A stretch of 51,413 bases of DNA, taken from positions 1-51,413 of IMG/VR virus record IMGVR_UViG_2563366798_000003. The stretch is one strand, 5' to 3'. Both the position numbers and the translations under genes were made by a program. Positions within the stretch are counted from its first letter, which is position 1; every line of letters starts with the position of its first letter. The notes under the pieces are model-generated. The model was not told where the DNA came from. It searched no databases and worked only from the letters and a program-made list of their open reading frames with translations. This stretch comes from a virus. Its lineage: Duplodnaviria; Heunggongvirae; Uroviricota; Caudoviricetes. Of this stretch, positions 8,465-18,619 are shown one piece after another.

Positions 8465-9394
8465 ATGGCAAACACTGCTGAGATATTCAATTTTCCAGTG
8501 CCGGATGTGGCACAAAAGGAGCCGCGCGTGGCAGATCTCGATGATGGTTATACGCGCATTGCAAATGAGTTGCTGGAAGCTGTAATGCTGGCCGGATTAA
8601 AACAGCACCAGCTTCTGGTCTTCCTGGCTGTCATGCGCAAAACATATGGCTTTAATAAAAAACTGGATTGGGTGAGCAACGAGCAACTTTCCGAATTGAC
8701 CGGGATATTGCCGCACAAGTGTTCTGCTGCAAAAAGCGTTCTGGTAAAGCGTGGGATTCTTATTCAGAGCGGGCGGAATATCGGCATCAATAATGTGGTC
8801 AGTGAATGGTCAACATTACCCGAATCAGGTAAGAAAAATAAAGTTTACCTGAAAGAGGTAAATTTACCTGAGTCAGGTAAGAAAAGTTTACCCAAATCAG
8901 GTAAAGGCACTTACCCGAATCAGGTAAACACAAAAGACAAACTAACAAAAGACAATATAAAACCTTTTTCGTCCGAGAATTCTGACGAATCCTCTGACCA
9001 GCCAGAAAATGCCCTTCCTGTGGTGAAACCGGATGCTGCGATTCAGAGCGGCAGCAAGTGGGGGACAGCAGAAGACCTGACCGCCGCAGAGTGGATGTTT
9101 GACATGGTGAAGACCATCGCGCCATCAGCCAGAAAACCGAATTTTGCAGGGTGGGCTAACGATATTCGCCTGATGCGTGAACGTGACGGACGTAACCACC
9201 GCGACATGTGCGTGCTGTTCCGCTGGGCATGCCAGGACAACTTCTGGTCCGGTAACGTGCTAAGTCCGGCCAAACTCCGCGACAAGTGGACCCAACTCGA
9301 AATCAACCGTAACAAGCAACAGGCTGGCGTGACAGCCGGAAAACCAAAACTCGACCTGACGAACACTGACTGGATTTACGGGGTGGAGCTATGA
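8465..9394 (+). CDS. O: replication initiator O (divergent N-terminal DNA-binding domain, lambda-like C-terminus)
   Basis: C-terminal about 110 residues match lambda O (SDESSDQPEN...WIYGVEL); GGGAGG SD before ATG at 8465; iterons inside the gene. Confidence 0.85.
   Translation: MANTAEIFNFPVPDVAQKEPRVADLDDGYTRIANELLEAVMLAGLKQHQLLVFLAVMRKTYGFNKKLDWVSNEQLSELTGILPHKCSAAKSVLVKRGILIQSGRNIGINNVVSEWSTLPESGKKNKVYLKEVNLPESGKKSLPKSGKGTYPNQVNTKDKLTKDNIKPFSSENSDESSDQPENALPVVKPDAAIQSGSKWGTAEDLTAAEWMFDMVKTIAPSARKPNFAGWANDIRLMRERDGRNHRDMCVLFRWACQDNFWSGNVLSPAKLRDKWTQLEINRNKQQAGVTAGKPKLDLTNTDWIYGVEL
8817..8965 (+). repeat. ori iterons plus AT-rich tract within O
   Basis: Four about 18-bp direct repeats TTACC(C/T)(G/A)A(A/G)TCAGGTAA(G/A) at 8817, 8864, 8888, 8911 plus partial copy at 8843, followed by A-rich stretch 8930-8965. 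Confidence 0.75.
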
Positions 9395-10092
9395 AAAACA
9401 TCGCCGCACAGATGGTTAATTTTGACCGTGAGCAGATGCGCCGGATCGCCAATAACATGCCGGAACAGTACGACGAAAAGCCGCAGGTACAGCAGGTAGC
9501 GCAGATTATCAATGGTGTGTTCAGCCAGTTACTGGCAACTTTCCCGGCGAGCCTGGCTAACCGGGACCAGAATGAACTGAACGAAATCCGCCGCCAGTGG
9601 GTTCTGGCTTTCCGGGAAAATGGGATCACCACGATGGAACAGGTTAACGCAGGAATGCGCGTAGCCCGTCGGCAGAATCGACCATTCCTGCCATCACCCG
9701 GGCAGTTTGTTGCCTGGTGCCGGGAAGAAGCATCCGTTAACGCCGGGCTGCCAAACGTCAGCGAGCTGGTTGATATGGTCTATGAGTATTGTCGGAAGCG
9801 TGGCCTGTATCCGGATGCAGAGTCTTATCCGTGGAAATCAAACGCGCACTACTGGCTGGTTACCAACCTGTACCAGAACATGCGGGCCAATGCGCTTACT
9901 GATGCGGAATTACGGCGCAAGGCTGCCGATGAACTGACTTGTATGACCGCGCGAATTAACCGTGGTGAGGCGATACCTGAACCAGTAAAACAACTTCCTG
10001 TCATGGGCGGTAGACCTCTAAATCGTGCACAGGCTCTGGCGAAGATCGCAGAAATCAAAGCGAAGTTCGGACTGAAAGGAGCAACTGTATGA
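9391..10092 (+). CDS. P: replication protein P (DnaB helicase loader)
   Basis: 233 aa matching lambda P (MKNIAAQMVNFDREQMRRIANNMPEQYDEKPQVQQVAQIINGVFSQLLATFPASLANRDQNE...); ATGA overlap with O. Confidence 0.95.
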   Translation: MKNIAAQMVNFDREQMRRIANNMPEQYDEKPQVQQVAQIINGVFSQLLATFPASLANRDQNELNEIRRQWVLAFRENGITTMEQVNAGMRVARRQNRPFLPSPGQFVAWCREEASVNAGLPNVSELVDMVYEYCRKRGLYPDAESYPWKSNAHYWLVTNLYQNMRANALTDAELRRKAADELTCMTARINRGEAIPEPVKQLPVMGGRPLNRAQALAKIAEIKAKFGLKGATV

Positions 10093-10385
10093 CGGGCAAA
10101 GAGGCAATTATTCATTATCTGGAGACGCACAAGAGCTTCTGTACGCCGGACGTTGCTGCGACAACAGGTGTGACATTAACCAGCATAAATCAGGCTGCGG
10201 CAAAAATGGCGCGGGCAGGAATCCTGGTCATTGATGGTAAGGTCTGGCGAACGGTGTATTACCGGTTCGCTACTAGAGAAGAACGGGAAGGAAAGGTGAG
10301 CACGAACCTGATTTTTAAGGAGTGTCGCCAGAGTGCCGCGATGAAGCGGGTGTTGGCGGTATATGGGAGATTAGTTATTACTTGA
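10089..10385 (+). CDS. ren: Ren exclusion protein
   Basis: 98 aa matching lambda Ren (MTGKEAIIHYL...REEREGK...KECRQSAAMKRVLAVYG); overlaps P stop. Confidence 0.9.
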   Translation: MTGKEAIIHYLETHKSFCTPDVAATTGVTLTSINQAAAKMARAGILVIDGKVWRTVYYRFATREEREGKVSTNLIFKECRQSAAMKRVLAVYGRLVIT

Positions 10386-10741
10386 TTTGATGGTTATCTC
10401 GAAAACATCCAATCAAATTTAATGGTTTGCTTTGTGCGGGGAACTATAACAATGTTTCTAGCTTGGTGCTGTATGAATTAGTGAATTAGTAGGGAATATA
10501 TCCACACATTGATTAACACAAAAATATTTCAGATATTAAATGTAACTCAAAGGATGAGTAATAATGGTTGTGTAGCGTATAACAGGATGCTGAGGTAGTA
10601 TTAAACAATGAATAAATCTGATTGACAAGCACCAGATAATACTGCGGGTCAATCATTAGACATGAACGCCACTAGTTACTGAGAGTAACTAATGGCGTTG
10701 TGTTTATAGTTAAGATGTTTTTTTAAAACATCAGGGGGGCT

Positions 10742-12289
10742 CTACTTGTCTTTTTTAATATGTTCAATCTCATCATTAAGACATTTATCTATTTTTTTTA
10801 TTAACACATTAATTTCTTCGGTGTTTTGGAGTTGAGTTGTCTTAGAAACAAAAACTCGAATAAAGAATTTAACATAGTGATAGGGTTGAAGTACATCGTT
10901 ATACTTACATAAATCATTTATTGTATACTTGCCGCCTGTTTCTTTTTTTATTATTTTAGCTTGACTTGTATCGATATCTTTAAAGTTATCTTCAATCTGA
11001 AAATCAAGAACCCATTCATCTCCTTTTAAATTATCCTCAATGATTTTGTTGATTTTCTTAGATATATTTTGTTTATATTCTTTGTATCTGTTGTCGGAAA
11101 TGTTAACATTAGAAAACGTGTGTTTTTTTTCATATATTTTTTTCCAAACATTTCTATCAACAATATCTTGAATTATAGCTTGAGAATTTTTATCTAATGT
11201 GTTTTTAAGAGTGTTTTCTAAAAACGTTTTGTCTGGGTTTTCACGATAAAAGTGTTTGATGGACTCAATGAGAGTGTTTTTAGATTTTAAAGAGACAACA
11301 TCATCAGTTTTTTTTCTAGAACACGCTTTGTTAAGCATCGCAGATAGTGCACGATTGGTCTTATGAAAATAAACTTGACTATAAAGCCCACTTCTTGCAT
11401 TGGCAAATTCTAGTATTGAATCCATACCACTTTCTTTATATGCCAGGTAAACACTATTTTCAACTTTCACAGGAATAAATGACATTAATAATCGTCCATA
11501 ATCATAAATCCCATATTTAACGCCGGAGAAGTAGCTATCTCTAAGTAGGTAGTCCATTCTGTCCGCATCTATAGGTGAAGATGATATGATTGAACATAAT
11601 AAAGGATATACATTTACTCCCTCAATGTTATTTTTAAAATCATATCTTTTATCAACAATTTTTATAATGCTTTCTGGATTAATAGCCGCTATGTTTTCTT
11701 TATAGACATCGTCGTCATTTGATTTATCTTGGGCTTCATTTTTTAATTCTTCAATAATTTCTTTAATAAAAATACATGATACTTGTTCGTGGGTTAACTT
11801 GTCATTATCACTTAAAGATATAATCTTATCGTATTGTTTATTTCCTTCAGTTTTGCATTTTTCTTTGAAATCTTTTACGGATATTGCAAAACTATCGAAT
11901 TGGTGGGCAAGTGGGCCATGCCCAACATCGTGTAACAATGCTGCAATACGTAACTCCTGTATAAGACTTGAAGGCATTTTTTTTATATCTAAATATAGAT
12001 CAATGCCCATATTTTTTCGGTCATAAATTAATGCATTCAAATTTATATTTTTCAAAATCTCATACGATAAATGCATTACACCGACAGAGTGTTCAAAGCG
12101 AGAGTGCATTGCAGAAGGAAATACTTTATATAGAAACGTGTTCTGCCTGATATCTCGTAGTCGTTGGAATAAAGGATGGTCAATTATCTTTTTTTCTAGC
12201 TTAGTTATTCGAATCACTCCATGTATGGGATCTAAAAACTTCCCCAGAAGTAAGTCTTCAAAGTTCTCAAGTTTGTTTTTGTTTGTCAT
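10742..12289 (-). CDS. HD-domain phosphohydrolase, Dgt/SAMHD1-like putative dNTP triphosphohydrolase
   Basis: 515 aa; motifs H-x-x-H (HSRFEHSVGVMH), HD (LLHDVGHGPLAH) and D-x-D-R-x-D-Y-x-x-R-D (DADRMDYLLRDSYFSG); AAGGAAAG SD; strongly AT-rich, opposite strand to flanking phage genes. Confidence 0.85.
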   Translation of the reverse strand: MTNKNKLENFEDLLLGKFLDPIHGVIRITKLEKKIIDHPLFQRLRDIRQNTFLYKVFPSAMHSRFEHSVGVMHLSYEILKNINLNALIYDRKNMGIDLYLDIKKMPSSLIQELRIAALLHDVGHGPLAHQFDSFAISVKDFKEKCKTEGNKQYDKIISLSDNDKLTHEQVSCIFIKEIIEELKNEAQDKSNDDDVYKENIAAINPESIIKIVDKRYDFKNNIEGVNVYPLLCSIISSSPIDADRMDYLLRDSYFSGVKYGIYDYGRLLMSFIPVKVENSVYLAYKESGMDSILEFANARSGLYSQVYFHKTNRALSAMLNKACSRKKTDDVVSLKSKNTLIESIKHFYRENPDKTFLENTLKNTLDKNSQAIIQDIVDRNVWKKIYEKKHTFSNVNISDNRYKEYKQNISKKINKIIEDNLKGDEWVLDFQIEDNFKDIDTSQAKIIKKETGGKYTINDLCKYNDVLQPYHYVKFFIRVFVSKTTQLQNTEEINVLIKKIDKCLNDEIEHIKKDK

Positions 12290-12648
12290 GAGGCTTTCCT
12301 TTTGCTGTAGTTATAATACGAAATTTAAATAGTAATGATGTTTATAGTTTCAATGTGTTATCTAATGGTTAACACATTGTGATGTAGCATATCAATATGG
12401 ATTCATATGTTCAATTGGTCTGTGGAGTTTAGTTATGAATAAGATTGATTCTGGTAATACTTTGTAGTTTAAGCTAGAGGCGGGATTCGTGATGTTCAAA
12501 TCAGTATGTAATGGAGGTTGTGCATTAGTACTTGCTGCTGGAAATTAAAAATAAAGTTGCAAGTAATCGACGTTTTCCGGGAGGAGGATGTAAGCATCGC
12601 TGACCAAAAAGTATCAACGATGCCTGTTTTGTTTTAACTACAAATTAA

Positions 12649-14151
12649 TTAAATTGCATCTGCAAACTCTGTGATTTTTCGCTCAAGTATGATTGATGAG
12701 TTGCTGTTGTCGATTTTTTTATTTTCATGATTACGAATAGCCAATGACTCATTAAAGTCTTTTGCGACTGCTGTCTCAATAAATTCAATTTCTGAATCAG
12801 AGTGTTTTTTAACAGCTTCTTTGATCTCATCCAGAGTAACATAGAAAAACTCTTTTCTACGATTTACAAGATTGACTCTCTTTTTATCGAAGACATCATG
12901 TAGTTTTTTTTCTAATGATGGAGCGTCCTCCGAATAAATCATGGCATGCACATCAAAAATAAAAGGAACAGATGCATCACCAAGCTCATTTACACGGTCT
13001 TGTGGATCAAGACGTCGTGTCATGCCTATTTTATAAACATTCTCCCCAAAAGAACCTATGTTCGAAATAATATAAACATGACCTTGTTTGGTTTGTTGTG
13101 CCATGGATAATGCTCTTTGATGCTTTGATTCAGCCTGCGACAAACTCTGTTCTAGTTCGGCAATGCGATTTTCGAGGCGCTGCTTCATGTCACCAGTAAC
13201 TTTTTCCATTTCCTTTCTTGCAGCTTCAATTGCTTTTTTATAACGGCGCTCTTCTGCCTCTGCGTCTTGCATGGCCTTTTCTATTTCTCGTTGTGCACGC
13301 TCCTCCTCTCTCATTTGTGCCCTTATTTCTGCCTGTTCTTCTTTTTCTTTCTGTTTTTGCTCACGATATTCATGGGTAAGCCACAACTCCTCAAGTTTTT
13401 TATTAAGGTATTTAGTATTTATATATATGTGATTTTGCTCGTTTAGTTTATTTATGGCCTCAAATGCCTTTGTGATGCGTTCTTCCATTTTAGTGATATT
13501 TTTCCACGTGCAATTACTAATTGCAGCATCACATTCATTATTAAATGCTCTAGTAGTTAGCCTAATATTTCTGTCTGTCATTTTTTTACCCTCTGCTCGA
13601 GAGCCTTCAACAGTCCATTGGGTTGTGCAATATACTGCACCAGAGTGGGTTTTATCCCGCAGCATTAATTTCTGTTCATCCCTGATGGATTTTATTTTGT
13701 TTTTAAATTGCTCTGAATCTTCAAAATTAAAATGAGGTTCGTAAAATCCTAGTTCGGCTAGTTCAACATCTTCTGAATAAATAGAAATTTGCTTTACTAG
13801 CTTATCATATATTTCTTTCTTCTCTTTATAAGTTCTTCTTAGTTCTTGGATTTGTTTATTGATACCATCCATTTTTTCAATGGTGTTTGTTAGTTCATTA
13901 TTGGCATTTTCTTTTACTTTTTGGGACTCTTCTTTTATAATGGAGCATTCTTGCTCTGTTTTCTCAATAAGCTTCTTACATTCCTCTTCCACATTAAAAT
14001 AATCTGCAAAGCGAGATTTGTATTCTTCATTTTTTTGATTGCTATCACTTAATTCTAATTGTATTTTTTTGATGCGTTTGATTGCAGCTATATATAGAAC
14101 AAGAACAACCAATAAAAATATGATTGCAAGTAATAGTGGAGTTTGAGTCAT
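12649..14151 (-). CDS. membrane-anchored coiled-coil protein with C-terminal T5orf172/GIY-YIG-like domain
   Basis: 500 aa; N-terminal hydrophobic helix (LLLAIIFLLVVLVLYIAAI), long charged coiled-coil segments, C-terminal GHVYIISN...VYKIGMT...VPFIFDVHAMIY motif; AAGGA SD. Confidence 0.8.
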   Translation of the reverse strand: MTQTPLLLAIIFLLVVLVLYIAAIKRIKKIQLELSDSNQKNEEYKSRFADYFNVEEECKKLIEKTEQECSIIKEESQKVKENANNELTNTIEKMDGINKQIQELRRTYKEKKEIYDKLVKQISIYSEDVELAELGFYEPHFNFEDSEQFKNKIKSIRDEQKLMLRDKTHSGAVYCTTQWTVEGSRAEGKKMTDRNIRLTTRAFNNECDAAISNCTWKNITKMEERITKAFEAINKLNEQNHIYINTKYLNKKLEELWLTHEYREQKQKEKEEQAEIRAQMREEERAQREIEKAMQDAEAEERRYKKAIEAARKEMEKVTGDMKQRLENRIAELEQSLSQAESKHQRALSMAQQTKQGHVYIISNIGSFGENVYKIGMTRRLDPQDRVNELGDASVPFIFDVHAMIYSEDAPSLEKKLHDVFDKKRVNLVNRRKEFFYVTLDEIKEAVKKHSDSEIEFIETAVAKDFNESLAIRNHENKKIDNSNSSIILERKITEFADAI

Positions 14152-14577
14152 TCGTGCTATTCCTTACGGACAATTTAAGACGTTTTGTATTAAATCCTGT
14201 TCAATGTGTATGCGGGTGATTGCTACCGCTTACAATCTTCATAATTATCAGTTAGATAGACTCGCTAGTAAATAATTTCATTTTTTGCAATATTCTTATT
14301 GAATATTTCAATTTATGAAATGAACTCTTTATCCTTTCAAGGCGAAAGGTTTCTTCTTCGGAAATATTTGCTCTCGTGTGACGTATAAAGGCCTTTGATT
14401 TTTAAAAAACAGTAGGGAATAATATAGTTACTGTCGGCCTGAACACCCGGCGGTGGGGTTGCGCTAAACGGGGACGTTTATGCGCACATACAATCTAAAC
14501 TCTCTTCTCCCTTCACAGATGCAGAAATGCACCTGCGATTTTTTGCATCCAACGTTTGACCTCTGCGGAGGTGAAGC

Positions 14578-15033
14578 GTGAACCTACCACAAGATGGCAT
14601 CAAATTACATCGCGGCAACTTTACCGCTATCGGCCAGCAGATCCAGCCTTATCTGGAGGACGGAAAATGCTTTCGCATGGTGCTTAAACCGTGGCGTGAG
14701 AAACGCAGTCTTTCCCAGAATGCACTCAGCCACATGTGGTACAGCGAAATCAGTGAATACCTTATCAGCAGGGGGAAATCGTTCGCTACCGCAGCATGGG
14801 TAAAAGAAGCTCTCAAACACACATACCTCGGTTATGAAACCAAAGAACTGGTTGATGTCGTAACCGGTGAAATCACCACTATCCAGTCGTTACGCCATAC
14901 CTCCGATCTTGATACCGGAGAGATGTATGTCTTCCTGTGTAAGGTTGAAGCCTGGGCGATGAATATTGGCTGCCACCTGACTATTCCGCAGAGCTGCGAG
15001 TTCCAGCAGCTCCGCGACAAGCAGGAGGCGTAA
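14578..15033 (+). CDS. ybcN: YbcN-family protein (DLP12 nin-region homolog)
   Basis: 151 aa, GTG start with GGAGGTGAA SD; sequence matches my recollection of DLP12 YbcN. Confidence 0.75.
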   Translation: MNLPQDGIKLHRGNFTAIGQQIQPYLEDGKCFRMVLKPWREKRSLSQNALSHMWYSEISEYLISRGKSFATAAWVKEALKHTYLGYETKELVDVVTGEITTIQSLRHTSDLDTGEMYVFLCKVEAWAMNIGCHLTIPQSCEFQQLRDKQEA

Positions 15034-15203
15034 TGGCTACACCGCTTATTCGTGTCATGAACGGACACATCTACAGAGTACCAAATCGTCGTAAGCGTAA
15101 ACCTGAGCTGAAGCCTTCCGAAATACCAACACTGCTCGGATATACCGCCAGCCTGGTTGATAAAAAATGGTTGCGACTGGCAGCAAGGAGGAATCATGGC
15201 TGA
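15033..15203 (+). CDS. ninE: NinE protein
   Basis: 56-aa ORF ([56 protein letters not shown]) overlapping the ybcN stop (TAATG). Confidence 0.7.
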   Translation: MATPLIRVMNGHIYRVPNRRKRKPELKPSEIPTLLGYTASLVDKKWLRLAARRNHG

Positions 15204-15486
15204 TTTGAGAAAAGCAGCGCGTGGTCGGGAATGCCAGGTAAGAATCCCTGGCGTATGTAATGGCAACCCTGAAACGTCTGTACTGGCACATATCCGGCTG
15301 GCTGGATTGTGCGGCACCGGTATTAAACCGCCAGACCTGATTGCCACCATTGCATGTTCTGCCTGTCACGATGAGATCGACCGTCGCACGAATTTTGTTA
15401 ACGCTGGATATGCAAAAGAATGCGCGCTGGAAGGTATGGCGAGAACGCAGGTTATCTGGCTGAAAGAGGGGGTAATTAAGGCGTGA
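15196..15486 (+). CDS. ybcO: YbcO-family protein (DUF1364, putative nuclease)
   Basis: 96 aa from [23 protein letters not shown]..., cysteine-rich, matches DLP12 YbcO from memory. Confidence 0.8.
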   Translation: MADLRKAARGRECQVRIPGVCNGNPETSVLAHIRLAGLCGTGIKPPDLIATIACSACHDEIDRRTNFVNAGYAKECALEGMARTQVIWLKEGVIKA

Positions 15487-15845
15487 ATACTTACCACATC
15501 ACACTACCCTGGCCGCCGAGCAATAACCGCTACTACCGCCATAATCGCGGGCGCACACACATCAGCGCAGAAGGGCAGGCATACCGCGATAACGTCACCC
15601 GAATCATTAAAAACGCAATGCTGGATATCGGCCTGGCTATGCCAGTGAAAATCCGTATTGAGTGCCACATGCCGGATCGCCGTCGCCGTGACCTGGATAA
15701 TCTGCAAAAAGCCGCTTTTGACGCACTCACCAAAGCAGGTTTCTGGCTGGATGATGCTCAGGTCGTTGATTACCGCGTTGTGAAGATGCCTGTTACCAAA
15801 GGTGGGAGGCTGGAACTGACCATCACCGAAATGGGGAATGAATGA
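15483..15845 (+). CDS. rusA: Holliday junction resolvase RusA
   Basis: 120 aa matching RusA ([36 protein letters not shown]...); overlaps ybcO stop. Confidence 0.9.
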   Translation: MNTYHITLPWPPSNNRYYRHNRGRTHISAEGQAYRDNVTRIIKNAMLDIGLAMPVKIRIECHMPDRRRRDLDNLQKAAFDALTKAGFWLDDAQVVDYRVVKMPVTKGGRLELTITEMGNE

Positions 15846-15982
15846 TGTTTGAGTTTTATATGGCAGAACTTCTTCGCCACCGCTGGGGGCGTCTGCGCTT
15901 ATATCGTTTCCCCGGTTCTGTTTTGACCGATTACCGAATACTGAAGAATTACGCCAAAACCCTGACAGGAGCAGGAGTATGA
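15842..15982 (+). CDS. ylcG: small protein YlcG
   Basis: 46-aa ORF ([46 protein letters not shown]) overlapping the rusA stop (ATGA). Confidence 0.6.
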   Translation: MMFEFYMAELLRHRWGRLRLYRFPGSVLTDYRILKNYAKTLTGAGV

Positions 15983-16067
15983 AGTCAGAGATAACAATCA
16001 ACTAATACTGTTTTGTTGATTTTTGCTTGTAATTGGCGTTCTGGTCTGATTTTTGTGGAGTAAGTTG

Positions 16068-16445
16068 ATGCGTGATATTCAGATGGTTCTTGAGCGTTGG
16101 GGAGCGTGGGCGGCTAATAATCATGAAGATGTGACCTGGTCGTCCATTGCCGCCGGTTTTAAGGGATTAATTCCTTCAAAAGTAAAATCTCGCCCACAAT
16201 GTTGTGACGATGACGCGATGATCATTTGCGGGTGCATGGCCCGTCTGAAAAAGAACAACAGCGATTTGCATGATTTATTGGTGGACTATTATGTCGGCGG
16301 CATGACTTTTATGGCGCTTGCACGTAAGCATGGGCGATCTGATTGTTGGGTTGGCAGGATGCTCCAGAAAGCTGAGGGCGTAGTGGAGGGTATGCTGATG
16401 GTGTTGGATCTCCGATTGGAGATGGATGCTGATTGTTCGAAATAA
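16068..16445 (+). CDS. Q: late-gene antiterminator Q (DLP12 QuuD-like)
   Basis: 125 aa from [33 protein letters not shown]..., cysteine cluster [12 protein letters not shown]; position upstream of lysis genes. Confidence 0.8.
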   Translation: MRDIQMVLERWGAWAANNHEDVTWSSIAAGFKGLIPSKVKSRPQCCDDDAMIICGCMARLKKNNSDLHDLLVDYYVGGMTFMALARKHGRSDCWVGRMLQKAEGVVEGMLMVLDLRLEMDADCSK

Positions 16446-16457
16446 TTAAAGGAAAAG

Positions 16458-16486
16458 TTGCTGTCTGATTGTCATTAGTCTAACAT
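16458..16486 (+). promoter_or_regulatory. candidate late promoter pR'
   Basis: TTGCTG (-35) 17-nt spacer TAACAT (-10) immediately downstream of Q and upstream of a terminator hairpin. Confidence 0.3.
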
Positions 16487-16544
16487 TTTAAATGTTGGAA
16501 TCGCAACGTAGTTATTATCATATAACAGCTTGTTTCCTGATTTA

Positions 16545-16573
16545 GCCAGCCTCCCCAAAGGCTGGTTTTTTTC
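16545..16573 (+). terminator. rho-independent terminator (tR'-like)
   Basis: CCAGCC / GGCTGG stem with 8-nt loop followed by TTTTTTT. Confidence 0.55.
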
Positions 16574-16600
16574 TAATAAGTATCATTTCGGGTAGGGATT

Positions 16601-17125
16601 TTATTGTTTAACCCATAATAATTCATTGACATTGAATCCCAACTTTTGAGCGGTTCGCACATAGTCTGCTTTTACTTTATCTGGAATAGTTGAGGTCCTT
16701 GCCAGAATCCATAGGTATTCTCTGTTCGGACCACTGACAAGAGCATACTTATACTCATCATCCAGTTTGATTACATTATAGCCACCATAGAAGGGGCCAA
16801 AAAACGAAACCTTCAACGCTGCAGTTTTAGTATCTCCAGTAAAGTATGCTTTACCTTCGCTCTCGCTCCATTTATTTTTCGTTGGATCGTATCCACGGTT
16901 AAGTACACGAATCCCTCCGTCGTTCCGTTTTCCATAAGTAGCGCTGACCTGTTCCAGACCACGTTCGAACCGGTTCTCGAGGCGAGCTATTTCATACCAT
17001 TTTCCGAGGTAGCGGTTGGCGTCAAAATTTGTAATCGGCTGCACACCTTTAGGTGGTGTCGGGGTCTTACATGCTATAAGAGTGAAAGAGAGCGCAATGC
17101 CAGTCAACACAGGCCATAACTTCAT
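16601..17125 (-). CDS. lipocalin-family outer-membrane lipoprotein (Blc-like)
   Basis: 174 aa with lipoprotein signal (LSFTLIAC) and lipocalin motif (GKWYEIARLENRFE); moron position between Q and lysis genes. Confidence 0.8.
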   Translation of the reverse strand: MKLWPVLTGIALSFTLIACKTPTPPKGVQPITNFDANRYLGKWYEIARLENRFERGLEQVSATYGKRNDGGIRVLNRGYDPTKNKWSESEGKAYFTGDTKTAALKVSFFGPFYGGYNVIKLDDEYKYALVSGPNREYLWILARTSTIPDKVKADYVRTAQKLGFNVNELLWVKQ

Positions 17126-17317
17126 AATAAATCCTGTACTTTTGATAGTTGAGAGTAAGTATGAAAGATAGATGATTACGACCGATCACTTAAAGAACTT
17201 TCATACTATATTAGGAATAGTCCATAACAGAAAAATTGTCAGTGATGACGCCAGAAAGGCAATTTATTCCGTGCACTACACAGTTTATGTGTTAATGAAT
17301 TAGTCAAGGGGGAGGAT

Positions 17318-18277
17318 ATGATAAAAAAACCTGTGATTGGAATCAGCGGTTGTTTGGCCGGTTCTGCTGTTCGTTTTGATGGTGGTCACAAAAGAGCTGA
17401 CTTTTTAATGGACAAATTAGTGGAATGGGTAACATTCAGACCAGTATGTCCGGAAATGGCTATAGGGCTGCCAGTTCCGCGTCCTGCTCTACGTCTTGTG
17501 CGCTCGACGCAAGGAAATATACGGATGTGTTTCAGCCACGACCAGAATGAGGATGTGACAGAGAGAATGACAGAGTTTAGTCGTTCTTATATGGACAAAT
17601 TAAAGGATGTATCGGGGTTTGTGGTTTGTGCTAAATCTCCCAGCTGTGGCATGGAGCGCGTGCGTGTCTATGATGAAAATGGTAATCGAGGTCGTAAAGA
17701 TGGAGTGGGACTATTTACGAGCACTTTGATGGAAAAGTTTTCCTGGCTACCGGTTGAAGAGGATGGGCGATTACATGATCCAGTGCTTCGTGAGAATTTT
17801 GTTGAAAGAGTTTTTGCTTTGCATGAGCTCAATCACCTTTACAAGGAGAAATTATCAAGAAGAGAGTTATTGGCTTTTCATAGTCGTTATAAGCTTCAGT
17901 TGTTGGCGCATAGTCAGACAGGCTATAAAGATATGGGACCATTTGTGGCTGCAATACACGAGTGGGCGGATCTTGAATCATACTTTGAGGTGTATCGTGA
18001 TAAGCTGATGGCGATTCTCAGAAAACCTGCATCACGTAAAAATCACACGAATGTGCTGATGCATATACAGGGGTATTTTAGTAACTACTTAAGTACACGC
18101 CAGCGTAAAGAGTTGAGCGAGGTTATACTTAACTATCGTTCTGGCACATTACCTCTTCTTGCGCCGTTGACTCTGCTGAAGCATTATCTGGGTGAGTATC
18201 CTAATGATTACTTGCTTACACAGAATTACTTCGATCCCTATCCGGACGAACTGGCTCTAAGACTGATGGTAAATTAA
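17318..18277 (+). CDS. YbgA-like protein (DUF523 + DUF1722 architecture)
   Basis: 319 aa; N-terminus GISGCLAGSAVRFDGGHKR typical of the DUF523 family; GGAGG SD. Confidence 0.65.
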   Translation: MIKKPVIGISGCLAGSAVRFDGGHKRADFLMDKLVEWVTFRPVCPEMAIGLPVPRPALRLVRSTQGNIRMCFSHDQNEDVTERMTEFSRSYMDKLKDVSGFVVCAKSPSCGMERVRVYDENGNRGRKDGVGLFTSTLMEKFSWLPVEEDGRLHDPVLRENFVERVFALHELNHLYKEKLSRRELLAFHSRYKLQLLAHSQTGYKDMGPFVAAIHEWADLESYFEVYRDKLMAILRKPASRKNHTNVLMHIQGYFSNYLSTRQRKELSEVILNYRSGTLPLLAPLTLLKHYLGEYPNDYLLTQNYFDPYPDELALRLMVN

Positions 18278-18619
18278 TTGTATGCGATATCATCCAAAAG
18301 GATGAGTTCCTGCATACAGGATATTTACAATCGTAAAAACTACACTATGATACCCAGAGTGTCAGTTTGTATAAAAACTCTGTTTACGCTGAAGAAACCA
18401 TTGAGATGCAACTTAAATTTGGTAAACATGCCAGTCAAAATATATGATATTATGATTCCACGCAGCTATATATAATATAACAGATTGGTTTAATAATTTG
18501 TCTTTGTGAGTTAAATACATAATTTTATACTTGTGATGCAATGAGATTTTCCTTATTGTTGAACTGGCGAATATTGATTTTCCACCTATACTTACCTGGT
18601 GTAACCCCAATGATATCAG

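Noticed and set aside
8817-8930. Possible CRISPR-like array from the short direct repeats
   Set aside because: Repeats are about 18 bp with irregular short spacing, lie inside the O coding frame, are followed by an AT-rich tract and have no cas genes nearby; they are ori iterons
15504-16001. 165-aa minus-strand ORF
   Set aside because: Antisense to rusA and ylcG, which are well supported; spurious
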